DNA of 64,000 bases from Eledone cirrhosa. Taxonomy: Eukaryota. The translations under genes were made by a program, and so were the position numbers. The DNA is taken from the NCBI GenBank assembly GCA_964016885.1, contig OZ024740.1, positions 12,462,001 through 12,526,000 on the forward strand, given 5' to 3'. Below the pieces are notes generated by a model. The model saw only the letters and a list, made by a program, of their open reading frames with translations, was not told where the DNA came from and ran no database searches. Shown in pieces: positions 26,341-39,600 of this stretch. Each line of letters begins with the position of its first letter. Within the stretch, counting starts at the first letter, position 1.

Positions 26341-29300
26341 TGTCTCTTGTCTAATGTCTCTAGTCTAATATCTTGTCACTAGTCTAATGTCTCTAGTCTA
26401 ATGTCTTGTCTCTAGTCTAATGTCTTGTCTCTAGTCTAATGTCTCTAGTCTAATGTCTTGTCTCTAGTCTAATATCTTGTCTCTAGTCTAATGTCTTGTC
26501 TCTAGTCTAATGTCTCTAGTCTAATGTCTTGTTTCTAGTCTAATGTCTCTAGTCTAATGTCTTGTCTCTAGTCTAATATCTTGTCTCTAGTCTAATGTCT
26601 TGTCTCTAGACTAATGTCTCTAGTCTAATGTCTTGTCTCTAGTCTAATATCTTGTCTCTAGTCTAATGTCTTTTCTCTAGTCTAATGTCTCTAGTCTAAT
26701 GTCTTGTTTCTAGTCTAATGTCTCTAGTCTAATGTCTTGTCTCTACTCTAATATCTTGTCTCTAGTGTAATGTCTCTAGTCTAATGTCTTGTCTCTAGTC
26801 TAATGTCTCTAGTCTAATGTCTTGTTTCTAGTCTAATGTCTCTAGTCTAATGTCTTGTCTCTAGTCTAATATCTTGTCTCTAGTCTAATGTCTCTAGTCT
26901 AATATCTTGTCTCTAGTCTAATGTCTCTAGTCTAATGTCTTGTCTCTAGTCTAATATCTTGTCTCTAGTCTAATGTCTCTAGTCTAATGTCTCTAGTCTA
27001 ATGTCTTGTCTCTAGTCTAATATCTTGTCTCTAGTCTAATGTCTTGTCTCTAGTCTAATGTCTCTAGTCTAATGTCTTGTTTCTAGTCTAATGTCTCTAG
27101 TCTAATGTCTTGTCTCTAGTCTAATATCTTGTCTCTAGCCTAATGTCTCTAGTCTAATGTCTTGTCTCTAGTCTAATGTCTCTAGTCTAATGTCTTGTCT
27201 CTAGTCTAATATCTTGTCTCTAGTCTAATGTCTCTAGTCTAATGTCTTGTCTCTAGTCTAATATCTTGTCTCTAGTCTAATGTCTCTAGTCTAATGTCTT
27301 GTCTCTAGTCTAATGTCTCTAGTCTAATGTCTTGTCTCTAGTCTAATGTCTTGTCTCTAGTCTAATATCTTGTCTCTAGTCTAATGTCTCTAGTCTAATG
27401 TCTCTAGTCTAATGTCTTGTCTCTAGTCTAATATCTTGTCTCTAGTCTAATGTCTCTAGTATAATGTCTCTAGTCTAAAGTCTTGTCTCTAGTCTAATGT
27501 CTCTAGTCTAATGTCTTGTCTCTAGTCTAATATCTTGTCTCTAGTCTAATGTCTCTAGTCTAACGTCTTGTCTCTAGTCTAATGTCTCTAGTCTAATGTC
27601 TTGTCTCTAGTCTAATGTCTTGTCTCTAGTCTAATGTCTCTAGTCTAATATCTTGTCTCTAGTCTAATGTCTCTTGTCTAATGTATTGTCTCTAGTCTAA
27701 TGTCTCTAGTCTAATGTCTTGTCTCTAGTCTAATGTCTCTAGTCTAATGTCTTGTCTCTAGTCTAATATCTTGTCTCTAGTCTAATGTCTCTAGTCTAAT
27801 GTCTTGTCTCTAGTCTAATATCTTGTCTCTAGTCTAATGGCTCTAGTCTAATGTCTTGTCTCTAGTCTAATATCTTGTCTCTAGTCTAATGATTCTAGTC
27901 TAATGTCTTGTGTCTAGTCTAATATCTTGTCTCTAGTCTAATGTCTCTAGTCTAATGTCTTGTCTCTAGTCTAACGTCTTGTCTCTAGTCTAATGTCTCT
28001 AGTCTAATGTCTTGTCTCTAGTCTAGTGTCTCTAGTCTAATGTCTTGTCTCTAGTCTAATGTCTTGTCTCTAGTCTAATATCTTGTCTCTAGTCTAATTT
28101 CTTGTCTCTAGTCTAATGTCTCTATTCTAATGTCTTGTCTCTAGTCTAATGTCTCTAGTCTAATGTCTTGTCTCTAGTCTAATATCTTGTCTCTAGTCTA
28201 ATGTCTCTAATCTAATGTCTTGTCTCTAGTCTAATGTCTCTAGTCTAATGTCTTGTCTCTAGTCTAATGTCTTGTCTCTAGTCTAATGTCTCTAGTCTAA
28301 TATCTTGTCTCTAGTCTAATGTCTCTAGTCTAATATCTTGTCACTAGTCTAATGTCTCTAGTCTAATGTCTTGTCTGTAGTCTAATGTCTTGTCTCTAGT
28401 CTAATGTCTCTAGTCTAATGTCTTGTCTCTAGTCTAATATCTTGTCTCTAGTCTAATGTCTTGTCTCTAGTCTAATGTCTCTAGTCTAATGTCTTGTTTC
28501 TAGTCTAATGTCTCTAGTCTAATGTCTTGTCTCTAGTCTAATATCTTGTCTCTAGTCTAATGTCTTGTCTCTAGTCTAATGTCTCTAGTCTAATGTCTTG
28601 TCTCTAGTCTAATATCTTGTCTCTAGTCTAATGTCTTTTCTCTAGTCTAATGTCTCTAGTCTAATGTCTTGTTTCTAGTCTAATGTCTCTAGTCTAATGT
28701 CTTGTCTCTAGTCTAATATCTTGTCTCTAGTGTAATGTCTCTAGTCTAATGTCTTGTCTCTAGTCTAATATCTTGTGTCTAGTCTAATGTCTTGTCTCTA
28801 GTCTAATGTCTCTAGTCTAATGTCTTGTTTCTAGTCTAATGTCTCTAGTCTAATGTCTTGTCTCTAGTCTAATATCTTGTCTCTAGTCTAATGTCTCTAG
28901 TCTAATATCTTGTCTCTAGTCTAATGTCTCTAGTCTAATGTCTTGTCTCTAGTCTAATATCTTGTCTCTAGTCTAATGTCTCTAGTCTAATGTCTTGTCT
29001 CTAGTCTAATATCTTGTCTCTAGTCTAATGTCTTGTCTCTAGTCTAATGTCTCTAGTCTAATGTCTTGTTTCTAGTCTAATGTCTTGTCTCTAGTCTAAT
29101 ATCTTGTCTCTAGTCTAATGTCTCTAGTCTAATGTCTTGTCTCTAGTCTAATGTCTCTAGTCTAATGTCTTGTCTCTAGTCTAATATCTTGTCTCTAGTC
29201 TAATGTCTCTAGTCTAATGTCTTGTCTCTAGTCTAATATCTTGTCTCTAGTCTAATGTCTCTAGTCTAATGTCTTGTCTCTAGTCTAATGTCTCTAGACT

Positions 29301-32300
29301 AATGTCTTGTCTCTAGACTAATGTCTCTAGTCTAATGTCTTGTCTCTAGTCTAATATCTTATCTCTAGTCTAATGTCTCTAGTCTAATGTCTCTAGTCTA
29401 ATGTCTTGTCTCTAGTCTAATATCTTGTCTCTAGTCTAATGTCTCTAGTCTAATGTCTCTAGTCTAAAGTCTTGTCTCTAGTCTAATGTCTCTAGTCTAA
29501 TGTCTTGTCTCTAGTCTAATATCTTGTCTCTAGTCTAATGTATCTAGTCTAACGTCTTGTCTCTAGTCTAATGTCTCTAGTCTAATGTCTTGTCTCTAGT
29601 CTAATGTCTTGTCTCTAGTCTAATGTCTCTAGTCTAATATCTTGTCTCTAGTCTAATGTCTCTTTTCTAATGTCTTGTCTCTAGTCTAATGTCTCTAGTC
29701 TAATGTCTTGTCTCTAGTCTAATGTCTCTAGTCTAATGTCTTGTCTCTAGTCTAATATCTTGTCTCTAGTCTAATGTCTCTAGTCTAATGTCTTGTCTCT
29801 AGTCTAATATCTTGTCTCTAGTCTAATGTCTCTAGTCTAATGTCTTGTCTCTAGTCTAATATCTTGTCTCTAGTCTAATGACTCTAGTCTAATGTCTTGT
29901 GTCTAGTCTAATATCTTGTCTCTAGTCTAATGTCTCTAGTCTAATGTCTTGTCTCTAGTCTAACGTCTTGTCTCTAGTCTAATGTCTCTAGTCTAATGTC
30001 TTGTCTCTAGTCTAGTGTCTCTAGTCTAATGTCTTGTCTCTAGTCTAATGTCTTGTCTCTAGTCTAATATCTTTCTCTAGTCTAATGTCTTGTCTCTAGT
30101 CTAATGTCTCTAGTCTAATGTCTTGTCTCTAGTCTAATGTCTCTAGTCTAATGTCTTGTCTCTAGTCTAATGTCTTGTCTCTAGTCTAATATCTTGTCTC
30201 TAGTCTAATGTCTTGTCTCTAGTCTAATGTCTCTATTCTAATGTCTTGTCTCTAGTCTAACGTCTCTAGTCTAATGTCTTGTCTCTAGTCTAATATCTTG
30301 TCTCTAGTCTAATGTCTCTAATCTAATGTCTTGTCTCTAGTCTAATGTCTCTAGTCTAATGTCTAGTCTCTAGTCTAATGTCTCTAGTCTAACGTCTTGT
30401 CTCTAGTCTAATATCTTGTCTCTAGTCTAATGTCTCTAGTCTAATGTCTTGTCTCTAGTCTAATGTCTTGTCTCTAGTCTAACGTCTTGTCTCTAGTCTA
30501 ATGTCTCTAGTCTAATGTCTCTAGTGTAATGTCTTGTCTCTAGTCTAATGTCTTGTCTCAAATCTAATGTCTTGTCTCTAGTCTAATGTCTCTAGTCTAA
30601 TGTCTTGTCTCTAGTCTAATATCTTGTCTCTAGTCTAATGTCTTGTCTCTAGTCTAATGTCTCTAGTCTAATGTCTTGTTTCTAGTCTAATGTCTCTAGT
30701 CTAATGTCTTGTCTCTAGTCTAATATCTTGTCTCTAGTCTAATGTCTTGTCTCTAGTCTAACGTCTTGTCTCTAGTCTAATGTCTCTAGTGTAATGTCTT
30801 GTCTCTAGTCTAATGTCTTGTCTCTAGTCTAACGTCTTGTATCTAGACTAATGTCTCTAGTCTAATATCTTGTCTCTAGTCTAATGTCTCTAGTCTAATA
30901 TCGTGTCACTAGTCTAATGTCTCTAGTCTAATATCTTGTCTCTAGTCTACCGTCTTGTCTCTAGTCTAATGTCTCTAGTCTAATATCTTGTCTCTTGTCT
31001 AATGTCTCTAGTCTAATATCTTGTCACTAGACTAATGTCTCTAGTCTAATGTCTTGTCTCTAGTCTAATGTCTTGTCTCTAGTCTAATGTCTTGTCTCTA
31101 GTCTAATGTCTCTAGTCTAATGTCTTGTTTCTAGTCTAATGTCTCTTGTCTAATGTCTTGTCTCTAGTCTAATATCTTGTCTCTAGTCTAATGTCTTTTC
31201 TCTAGTCTAATGTCTCTAGTCTAATGTCTTGTTTCTAGTCCAATGTCTCTAGTCTAATGTCTTGTCTCTAGTCTAATATCTTGTCTCTAGTGTAATGTCT
31301 CTAGTCTAATGTCTTGTCTCTCGTCTAATATCTTGTGTCTAGTCTAATGTCTTGTCTCTAGTCTAATGTCTCTAGTCTAATGTCTTGTTTCTAGTCTAAT
31401 GTCTCTAGTCTAATGTCTTGTCTCTAGTCTAATATCTTGTCTCTAGTCTAATGTCTCTAGTCTAATGTCTTGTCTCTAGTCTAATGTCTTGTCTCTAGTC
31501 TAATATCTTGTCTCTAGTCTAATGTCTCTAGTCTAATGTCTTGTCTCTAGTCTAATATCTTGTCTCTAGTCTAATGTCTCTAGTCTAATGTCTCTAGTCT
31601 AATGTCTTGTCTCTAGTCTAATATCTTGTCTCTAGTCTAATGTCTCTAGTCTAATGTCTCTAGTCTAAAGTCTTGTCTCTAGTCTAATGTCTCTAGTCTA
31701 ATGTCTTGTCTCTAGTCTAATATCTTGTCTCTAGTCTAATGTCTCTAGTCTAACGTCTTGTCTCTAGTCTAATGTCTCTAGTCTAATGTCTTGTCTCTAG
31801 TCTAATGTCTTGTCTCTAGTCTAATGTCTCTAGTCTAATATCTTGTCTCTAGTCTAATGTCTCTTGTCTAATGTCTTGTCTCTAGTCTAATGTCTCTAGT
31901 CTAATGTCTTGTCTCTAGTCTAATGTCTCTAGTCTAATGTCTTGTCTCTAGTCTAATATCTTGTCTCTAGTCTAATGTCTCTAGTCTAATGTCTTGTCTC
32001 TAGTCTAATATCTTGTCTCTAGTCTAATGTCTCTAGTCTAATGTCTTGTCTCTAGTCTAATATCTTGTCTCTAGTCTAATGACTCTAGTCTAATGTCTTG
32101 TGTCTAGTCTAATATCTTGTCTCTAGTCTAATGTCTCTAGTCTAATGTCTTGTCTCTAGTCTAACGTCTTGTCTCTAGTCTAATGTCTCTAGTCTAATGT
32201 CTTGTCTCTAGTCTAGTGTCTCTAGTCTAATGTCTTGTCTCTAGTCTAATGCCTTGTCTCTAGTCTAATATCTTGTCTCTAGTCTAATGTCTTGTCTCTA

Positions 32301-33479
32301 GTCTAATGTCTCTAGTCTAATACCTTGTCTCTAGTCTAATGTCTCTAGTCTAATGTCTTGTCTCTAGTCTAATGTCTTGTCTCTAGTCTAATATCTTGTC
32401 TCTAGTCTAATGTCTTGTCTCTAGTCTAATGTCTCTATTCTAATGTCTTGTCTCTAGTCTAATGTCTCTAGTCTAATGTCTTGTCTCTAGTCTAATATCT
32501 TGTCTCTAGTCTAATGTCTCTAATCTAATGTCTTGTCTCTAGTCTAATGTCTCTAGTCTAATGTCTTGTCTCTAGTCTAATGTCTTGTCTCTAGTCTAAT
32601 GTCTCTAGTCTAATATCTTGTCTCTAGTCTAATGTCTCTAGTCTAATGTCTAGTCTCTAGTCTAATGTCTCTAGTCTAACGTCTTGTCTCTAGTCTAATG
32701 TCTTGTCTCTAGTCTAATGTCTCTAGTCTAATGTCTTGTCTCTAGTCTAATGTCTTGTCTCTAGTCTAACGTCTTGTCTCTAGTCTAATGTCTCTAGTCT
32801 AATGTCTCTAGTGTAATGTCTTGTCTCTAGTCTAATGTCTTGTCTCAAATCTAATGTCTTGTCTCTAGTCTAATGTCTCTAGTCTAATGTCTTGTCTCTA
32901 GTCTAATATCTTGTCTCTAGTCTAATGTCTTGTCTCTAGTCTAATGTCTCTAGTCTAATGTCTTGTTTCTAGTCTAATGTCTCTAGTCTAATGTCTTGTC
33001 TCTAGTCTAATATCTTGTCTCTAGTCTAATGTCTTGTCTCTAGTCTAATGTCTCTAGTCTAATGTCTTGTCTCTAGTCTAACGTCTTGTCTCTAGTCTAA
33101 TGTCTCTAGTGTAATGTCTTGTCTCTAGTCTAATGTCTTGTATCTAGTCTAATGTCTCTAGTCTAATATCTTGTCTCTAGTCTACCGTCTTGTCTCTAGT
33201 CTAATGTCTCTAGTCTAATATCTTGTCTCTTGTCTAATGTCTCTAGTCTAGTATCTTGTCACTAGACTAATGTCTCTAGTCTAATGTCTTGTCTCTAGTC
33301 TAATGTCTTGTCTCTAGTCTAATGTCTTGTCTCTAGTCTAATGTCTCTAGTCTAATGTCTTGTTTCTAGTCTAATGTCTCTTGTCTAATGTCTTGTCTCT
33401 AGTCTAATATCTTGTCTCTAGTCTAATGTCTTTTCTCTAGTCTAATGTCTCTAGTCTAATGTCTTGTCTCTAGTCTAAT

Positions 33480-35200
33480 ATCTTGTCTCTAGTCTAATGT
33501 CTTTTCTCTAGTCTAATGTCTCTAGTCTAATGTCTTGTGTCTAGTCTAATGTCTCTAGTCTGATGTCTTGTCTCTAGTCTAATATCTTGTCTCTAGTGTA
33601 ATGTCTCTAGTCTAATGTCTTGTCTCTCGTCTAATATCTTGTGTCTAGTCTAATGTCTTGTCTCTAGTCTAATGTCTCTAGTCTAATGTCTTGTTTCTAG
33701 TCTAATGTCTCTAGTCTAATGTCTTGTCTCTAGTCTAATATCTTGTCTCTAGTCTAATGTCTCTAGTCTAATATCTTGTCTCTAGTCTAATGTCTCTAGT
33801 CTAATGTCTTGTCTCTAGTCTAATATCTTGTCTCTAGTCTAATGTCTCTAGTCTAATGTCTCTAGTCTAATGTCTTGTCTTTAGTCTAATATCTTGTCTC
33901 TAGTCTAATGTCTCTAGTCTAATGTCTTGTCTCTAGTCTAATGTCTCTAGTCTAATGTCTTGTCTCTAGTCTAATGTCTCTAGTCTAATGTCTTGTCTCT
34001 AGTCTAATATCTTGTCTCTAGTCTAATGTATTGTCTCTAGTCTAATGTCTCTAGTCTAATGTCTTGTTTCTAGTCTAATGTCTCTAGTCTAATGTCTTGT
34101 CTCTAGTCTAATATCTTGTCTCTAGTCTAATGTCTCTAGCCTAATGTCTTGTCTCTAGTCTAATGTCTCTAGTCTAATGTCTTGTCTCTAGTCTAATATC
34201 TTGTCTCTAGTCTAATGTCCCTAGTCTAATGTCTTGTCTCTAGTCTAATATCTTGTCTCTAGTCTAATGTCTCTAGTCTAATGTCTTGTCTCTAGTCTAA
34301 TGTCTCTAGTCTAATGTCTTGTCTCTAGTCTAATATCTTGTCTCTAGTCTAATGTCTCTAGTCTAATGTCTCTAGTCTAATGTCTTGTCTCTAGTCTAAT
34401 ATCTTGTCTCTAGTCTAATGTCTCTAGTCTAAAGTCTTGTCTCTAGTCTAATGTCTCTAGTCTAATGTCTTGTCTCTAGTCTAATATCTTGTCTCTAGTC
34501 TAATGTCTCTAGTCTAATGTCTTGTCTCTAGTCTAATGTCTCTAGTCTAATGTCTTGTCACTAGTCTAATGTCTTGTCTCTAGTCTAATGTCTCTAGTCT
34601 AATATCTTGTCTCTAGTCTAATGTCTCTTGTCTAATGTCTTGTCTCTAGTCTAATGTCTCTAGTCTAATGTCTTGTCTCTAGTCTAATGTCTCTAGTCTA
34701 ATGTCTTGTCTCTAGTCTAATATCTTGTCTCTAGTCTAATGTCTCTAGTCTAATGTCTTCTCTCTAGTCTAATATCTTGTCTCTAGTCTAATGTCTCTAG
34801 TCTAATGTCTTGTCTCTAGTCTAACGACTTGCCTCTAGTCTAATGTCTCTAGTCTAATGTCTTGTCTCTAGTCTAGTGTCTCTAGTCTAATGTCTTGTCT
34901 CTAGTCTAATGTCTTGTCTCTAGTCTAATATATTGTCTCTAGTCTAATGTCTTGTCTCTAGTCTAATGTCTCTAGTCTAATGTCTTGTCTCTAGTCTAAT
35001 GTCTTGTCTCTAGTCTAATATCTTGTCTCTAGTCTAATGTCTTGTCTCTAGTCTAATGTCTCTAGTCTAATGTCTTGTCTCTAGTCTAATGTCTCTAGTC
35101 TAATGTCTTGTCTCTAGTCTAATATCTTGTCTCTAGTCTAATGTCTCTAATCTAATGTCTTGTCTCTAGTCTAATGTCTCTAGTCTAATGTCTTGTCTCT
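33480..35200. repeat. Block repeated far downstream at ~56750-58580 (offset 23273 in its left part)
   Basis: The CG of TCTCGTCTAATATCTTGTGTCTAG is at 33628/56901. GTCCCTAG at 34217/57490. AACGACTTG at ~34823/~58148 (offset shifted by monomer indels). Confidence 0.78.
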
Positions 35201-36629
35201 AGTCTAATGTCTTGTCTCTAGTCTAATGTCTCTAGTCTAATGTCTTGTCTCTAGTCTAGTGTCTCTATTCTAATGTCTTGTCTCTAGTCTTATGTCTCTA
35301 GTCTAATGTCTTGTCTCTAGTCTAATATCTTGTCTCTAGTCTAATGTCTCTAATCTAATGTCTTGTCTCTAGTCTAATGTCTCTAGTCTAATGTCTTGTC
35401 TCTAGTCTAATGTCTTGTCTCTAGTCTAATGTCTCTAGTCTAATATCTTGTCTCTAGTCTAATGTCTCTAGTCTAATGTCTAGTCTCTAGTCTAATGTCT
35501 CTCGTCTAACGTCTTGTCTCTAATCTAATATCTTGTCTCTAGTCTAATGTCTCTAGTCTAATGTCTTGTCTCTAGTCTAATGTCTTGTCTCTAGTCTAAC
35601 GTCTTGTCTCTAGTCTAATGTCTCTAGTCTAATGTCTCTAGTGTAATGTCTTGTCTCTAGTCTAATGTCTTGTCTCAAATCTAATGTCTTGTCTCTAGTC
35701 TAATGTCTCTAGTCTAATGTCTTGTCTCTAGTCTAATATCTTGTCTCTAGTCTAATGTCTTGTCTCTAGTCTAATGTCTCTAGTCTAATGTCTTGTTTCT
35801 AGTCTAATGTCTCTAGTCTAATGTCTTGTCTCTAGTCTAATGTCTCTAGTCTAATGTCTTGTCTCTAGTCTAACGTCTTGTCTCTAGTCTAATGTCTCTA
35901 GTGTAATGTCTTGTCTCTAGTCTAATGTCTTGTCTCTAGTCTAACGTCTTGTATCTAGTCTAATGTCTCTAGTCTAATATCTTGTCTCTAGTCTAATGTC
36001 TCTAGTCTAATATCGTGTCACTAGTCTAATGTCTCTAGTCTAATATCTTGTCTCTAGTCTACCGTCTTGTCTCTAGTCTAATGTCTCTAGTCTAATATCT
36101 TGTCTCTTGTCTAATGTCTCTAGTCTAATATCTTGTCACTAGACTAATGTCTCTAGTCTAATGTCTTGTCTCTAGTCTAATGTCTTGTCTCTAGTCTAAT
36201 GTCTCTAGTCTAATGTCTTGTCTCTAGTCTAATATCTTCTCTCTAGTCTAATGTCTTGTCTCTAGTCTAATGTCTCTAGTCTAATGTCTTGTTTCTAGTC
36301 TAATGTCTCTAGTCTAATGTCTTGTCTCTAGTCTAATATCTTGTCTCTAGTCTAATGTCTTGTCTCTAGTCTAATGTCTCTAGTCTAATGTCTCTAGTCT
36401 AATATCTTGTCTCTAGTCTAATGTCTCTAGTCTAATGTCTAGTCTCTAGTCTAATGTCTCTAGTCTAACGTCTTGTCTCTAGTCTAATATCTTGTCTCTA
36501 GTCTAATGTCTCTAGTCTAATGTCTTGTCTCTAGTCTAATGTCTTGTCTCTAGTCTAACGTCTTGTCTCTAGTCTAATGTCTCTAGTCTAATGTCTCTAG
36601 TGTAATGTCTTGTCTCTAGTCTAATGTCT

Positions 36630-39600
36630 TGTCTCAAATCTAATGTCTTGTCTCTAGTCTAATGTCTCTAGTCTAATGTCTTGTCTCTAGTCTAATATCT
36701 TGTCTCTAGTCTAATGTCTTGTCTCTAGTCTAATGTCTCTAGTCTAATGTCTTGTCTCTAGTCTAACGTCTTGTCTCTAGTCTAATGTCTCTAGTGTAAT
36801 GTCTTGTCTCTAGTTTAATGTCTTGTCTCTAGTCTAACGTCTTGTATCTAGTCTAATGTCTCTAGTCTAATGTCTTGTCTCTAGTCTAATATCTTGTCTC
36901 TAGTCTAATGTCTCTAGTCTAATGTCTTGTCTCTAGTCTAATGTCTCTAGTCTAATGTCTTGTCACTAGTCTAATGTCTTGTCTCTAGTCTAATGTCTCT
37001 AGTCTAATATCTTGTCTCTAGTCTAATGTCTCTTGTCTAATGTCTTGTCTCTAGTCTAATGTCTCTAGTCTAATGTCTTGTCTCTAGACTAATGTCTCTA
37101 GTCTAATGTCTTGTCTCTAGTCTAATATCTTGTCTCTAGTCTAATGTCTCTAGTCTAATGTCTTCTCTCTAGTCTAATATCTAGTCTCTAGTCTAATGTC
37201 TCTAGTCTAATGTCTTGTCTCTAGTCTAATATCTTGTCTCTAGTCTAATGACTCTAGTCTAATGTCTTGTGTCTAGTCTAATATCTTGTCTCTAGTCTAA
37301 TGTCTCTAGTCTAATGTCTTGTCTCTAGTCTAATGTCTTGTCTCTAGTCTAGTGTCTCTAGTCTAATGTCTTGTCTCTAGTCTAATGTCTTGTCTCTAGT
37401 CTAATATCTTGTCTCTAGTCTAATGTCTTGTCTCTAGTCTAATGTATCTAGTCTAATGTCTTGTCTCTAGTCTAATGTCTCTAGTCTAATGTCTTGTCTC
37501 TAGTCTAATGTCTTGTCTCTAGTCTAATATCTTGTCTCTAGTCTAATGTCTTGTCTCTAGTCTAATGTCTCTAGTCTAATGTCTTGTCTCTAGTCTAATG
37601 TCTCTAGTCTAATGTCTTGTCTCTAGTCTAATGTCTCTAGTCTAATGTCTTGTTTCTAGTCTAATGTCTCTAGTCTAATGTCTTGTCTCTAGTCTAATAT
37701 CTTGTCTCTAGTCTAATGTCTTGTCTCTAGTCTAATGTCTCTAGTCTAATGTCTTGTCTCTAGTCTAACGTCTTGTCTCTAGTCTAATGTCTCTAGTGTA
37801 ATGTCTTGTCTCTAGTCTAATGTCTTGTCTCTAGTCTAACGTCTTGTATCTAGTCTAATGTCTCTAGTCTAATATCTTGTCTCTAGTCTAATGTCTCTAG
37901 TCTAATATCGTGTCACTAGTCTAATGTCTCTAGTCTAATATCTTGTCTCTAGTCTACCGTCTTGTCTCTAGTCTAATGTCTCTAGTCTAATATCTTGTCT
38001 CTTGTCTAATGTCTCTAGTCTAATATCTTGTCACTAGACAAATGTCTCTAGTCTAATGTCTTGTCTCTAGTCTAATGTCTTGTCTCTAGTCTAATGTCTT
38101 GTCTCTAGTCTAATGTCTCTAGTCTAATGTCTTGTCTCTAGTCTAATATCTTCTCTCTAGTCTAATGTCTTGTCTCTAGTCTAATGTCTCTAGTCTAATG
38201 TCTTGTTTCTAGTCTAATGTCTCTAGTCTAATGTCTTGTCTCTAGTCTAATATCTTGTCTCTAGTCTAATGTCTTGTCTCTAGTCTAATGTCTCTAGTCT
38301 AATGTCTCTAGTCTAATATCTTGTCTCTAGTCTAATGTCTCTAGTCTAATGTCTAGTCTCTAGTCTAATGTCTCTAGTCTAACGTCTTGTCTCTAGTCTA
38401 ATATCTTGTCTCTAGTCTAATGTCTCTAGTCTAATGTCTTGTCTCTAGTCTAATGTCTTGTCTCTAGTCTAACGTCTTGTCTCTAGTCTAATGTCTCTAG
38501 TCTAATGTCTCTAGTCTAACGTCTTGTCTCTAGTCTAATATCTTGTCTCTAGTCTAATGTCTCTAGTCTAATGTCTTGTCTCTAGTCTAATGTCTTGTCT
38601 CTAGTCTAATGTCTTGTCTCAAATCTAATGTCTTGTCTCTAGTCTAATGTCTCTAGTCTAATGTCTTGTCTCTAGTCTAATATCTTGTCTCTAGTCTAAT
38701 GTCTTGTCTCTAGTCTAATGTCTCTAGTCTAATGACTTGTCTCTAGTCTAACGTCTTGTCTCTAGTCTAATGTCTCTAGTGTAATGTCTTGTCTCTAGTC
38801 TAATGTCTTGTCTCTAGTCTAACGTCTTGTATCTAGTCTAATGTCTCTAGTCTAATGTCTTGTCTCTAGTCTAATATCTTGTCTCTAGTCTAATGTCTCT
38901 AGACTAATGTCTTGTCTCTAGTCTAATGTCTCTAGTCTAATGTCTTGTCACTAGTCTAATGTCTTGTCTCTAGTCTAATGTCTCTAGTCTAATATCTTGT
39001 CTCTAGTCTAATGTCTCTTGTCTAATGTCTTGTCTCTAGTCTAATGTCTCTAGTCTAATGTCTTGTCTCTAGACTAATGACTCTAGTCTAATGTCTTGTC
39101 TCTAGTCTAATATCTTGTCTCTAGTCTAATGTCTCTAGTCTAATGTCTTCTCTCTAGTCTAATATCTTGTCTCTAGTCTAATGTCTCTAGTCTAATGTCT
39201 TGTCTCTAGTCTAATATCTTGTCTCTAGTCTAATGACTCTAGTCTAATGTCTTGTGTCTAGTCTAATATCTTGTCTCTAGTCTAATGTCTCTAGTCTAAT
39301 GTCTTGTCTCTAGTCTAATGTCTTGTCTCTAGTCTAGTGTCTCTAGTCTAATGTCTTGTCTCTAGTCTAATGTCTTGTCTCTAGTCTAATATCTTGTCTC
39401 TAGTCTAATGTCTTGTCTCTAGTCTAATGTCTCTAGTCTAATGTCTTGTCTCTAGTCTAATGTCTCTAGTCTAATGTCTTGTCTCTAGTCTAATGTCTTG
39501 TCTCTAGTCTAATATCTTGTCTCTAGTCTAATGTCTTGTCTCTAGTCTAATGTCTCTAGTCTAATGTCTTGTCTCTAGTCTAATGTCTCTAGTCTAATGT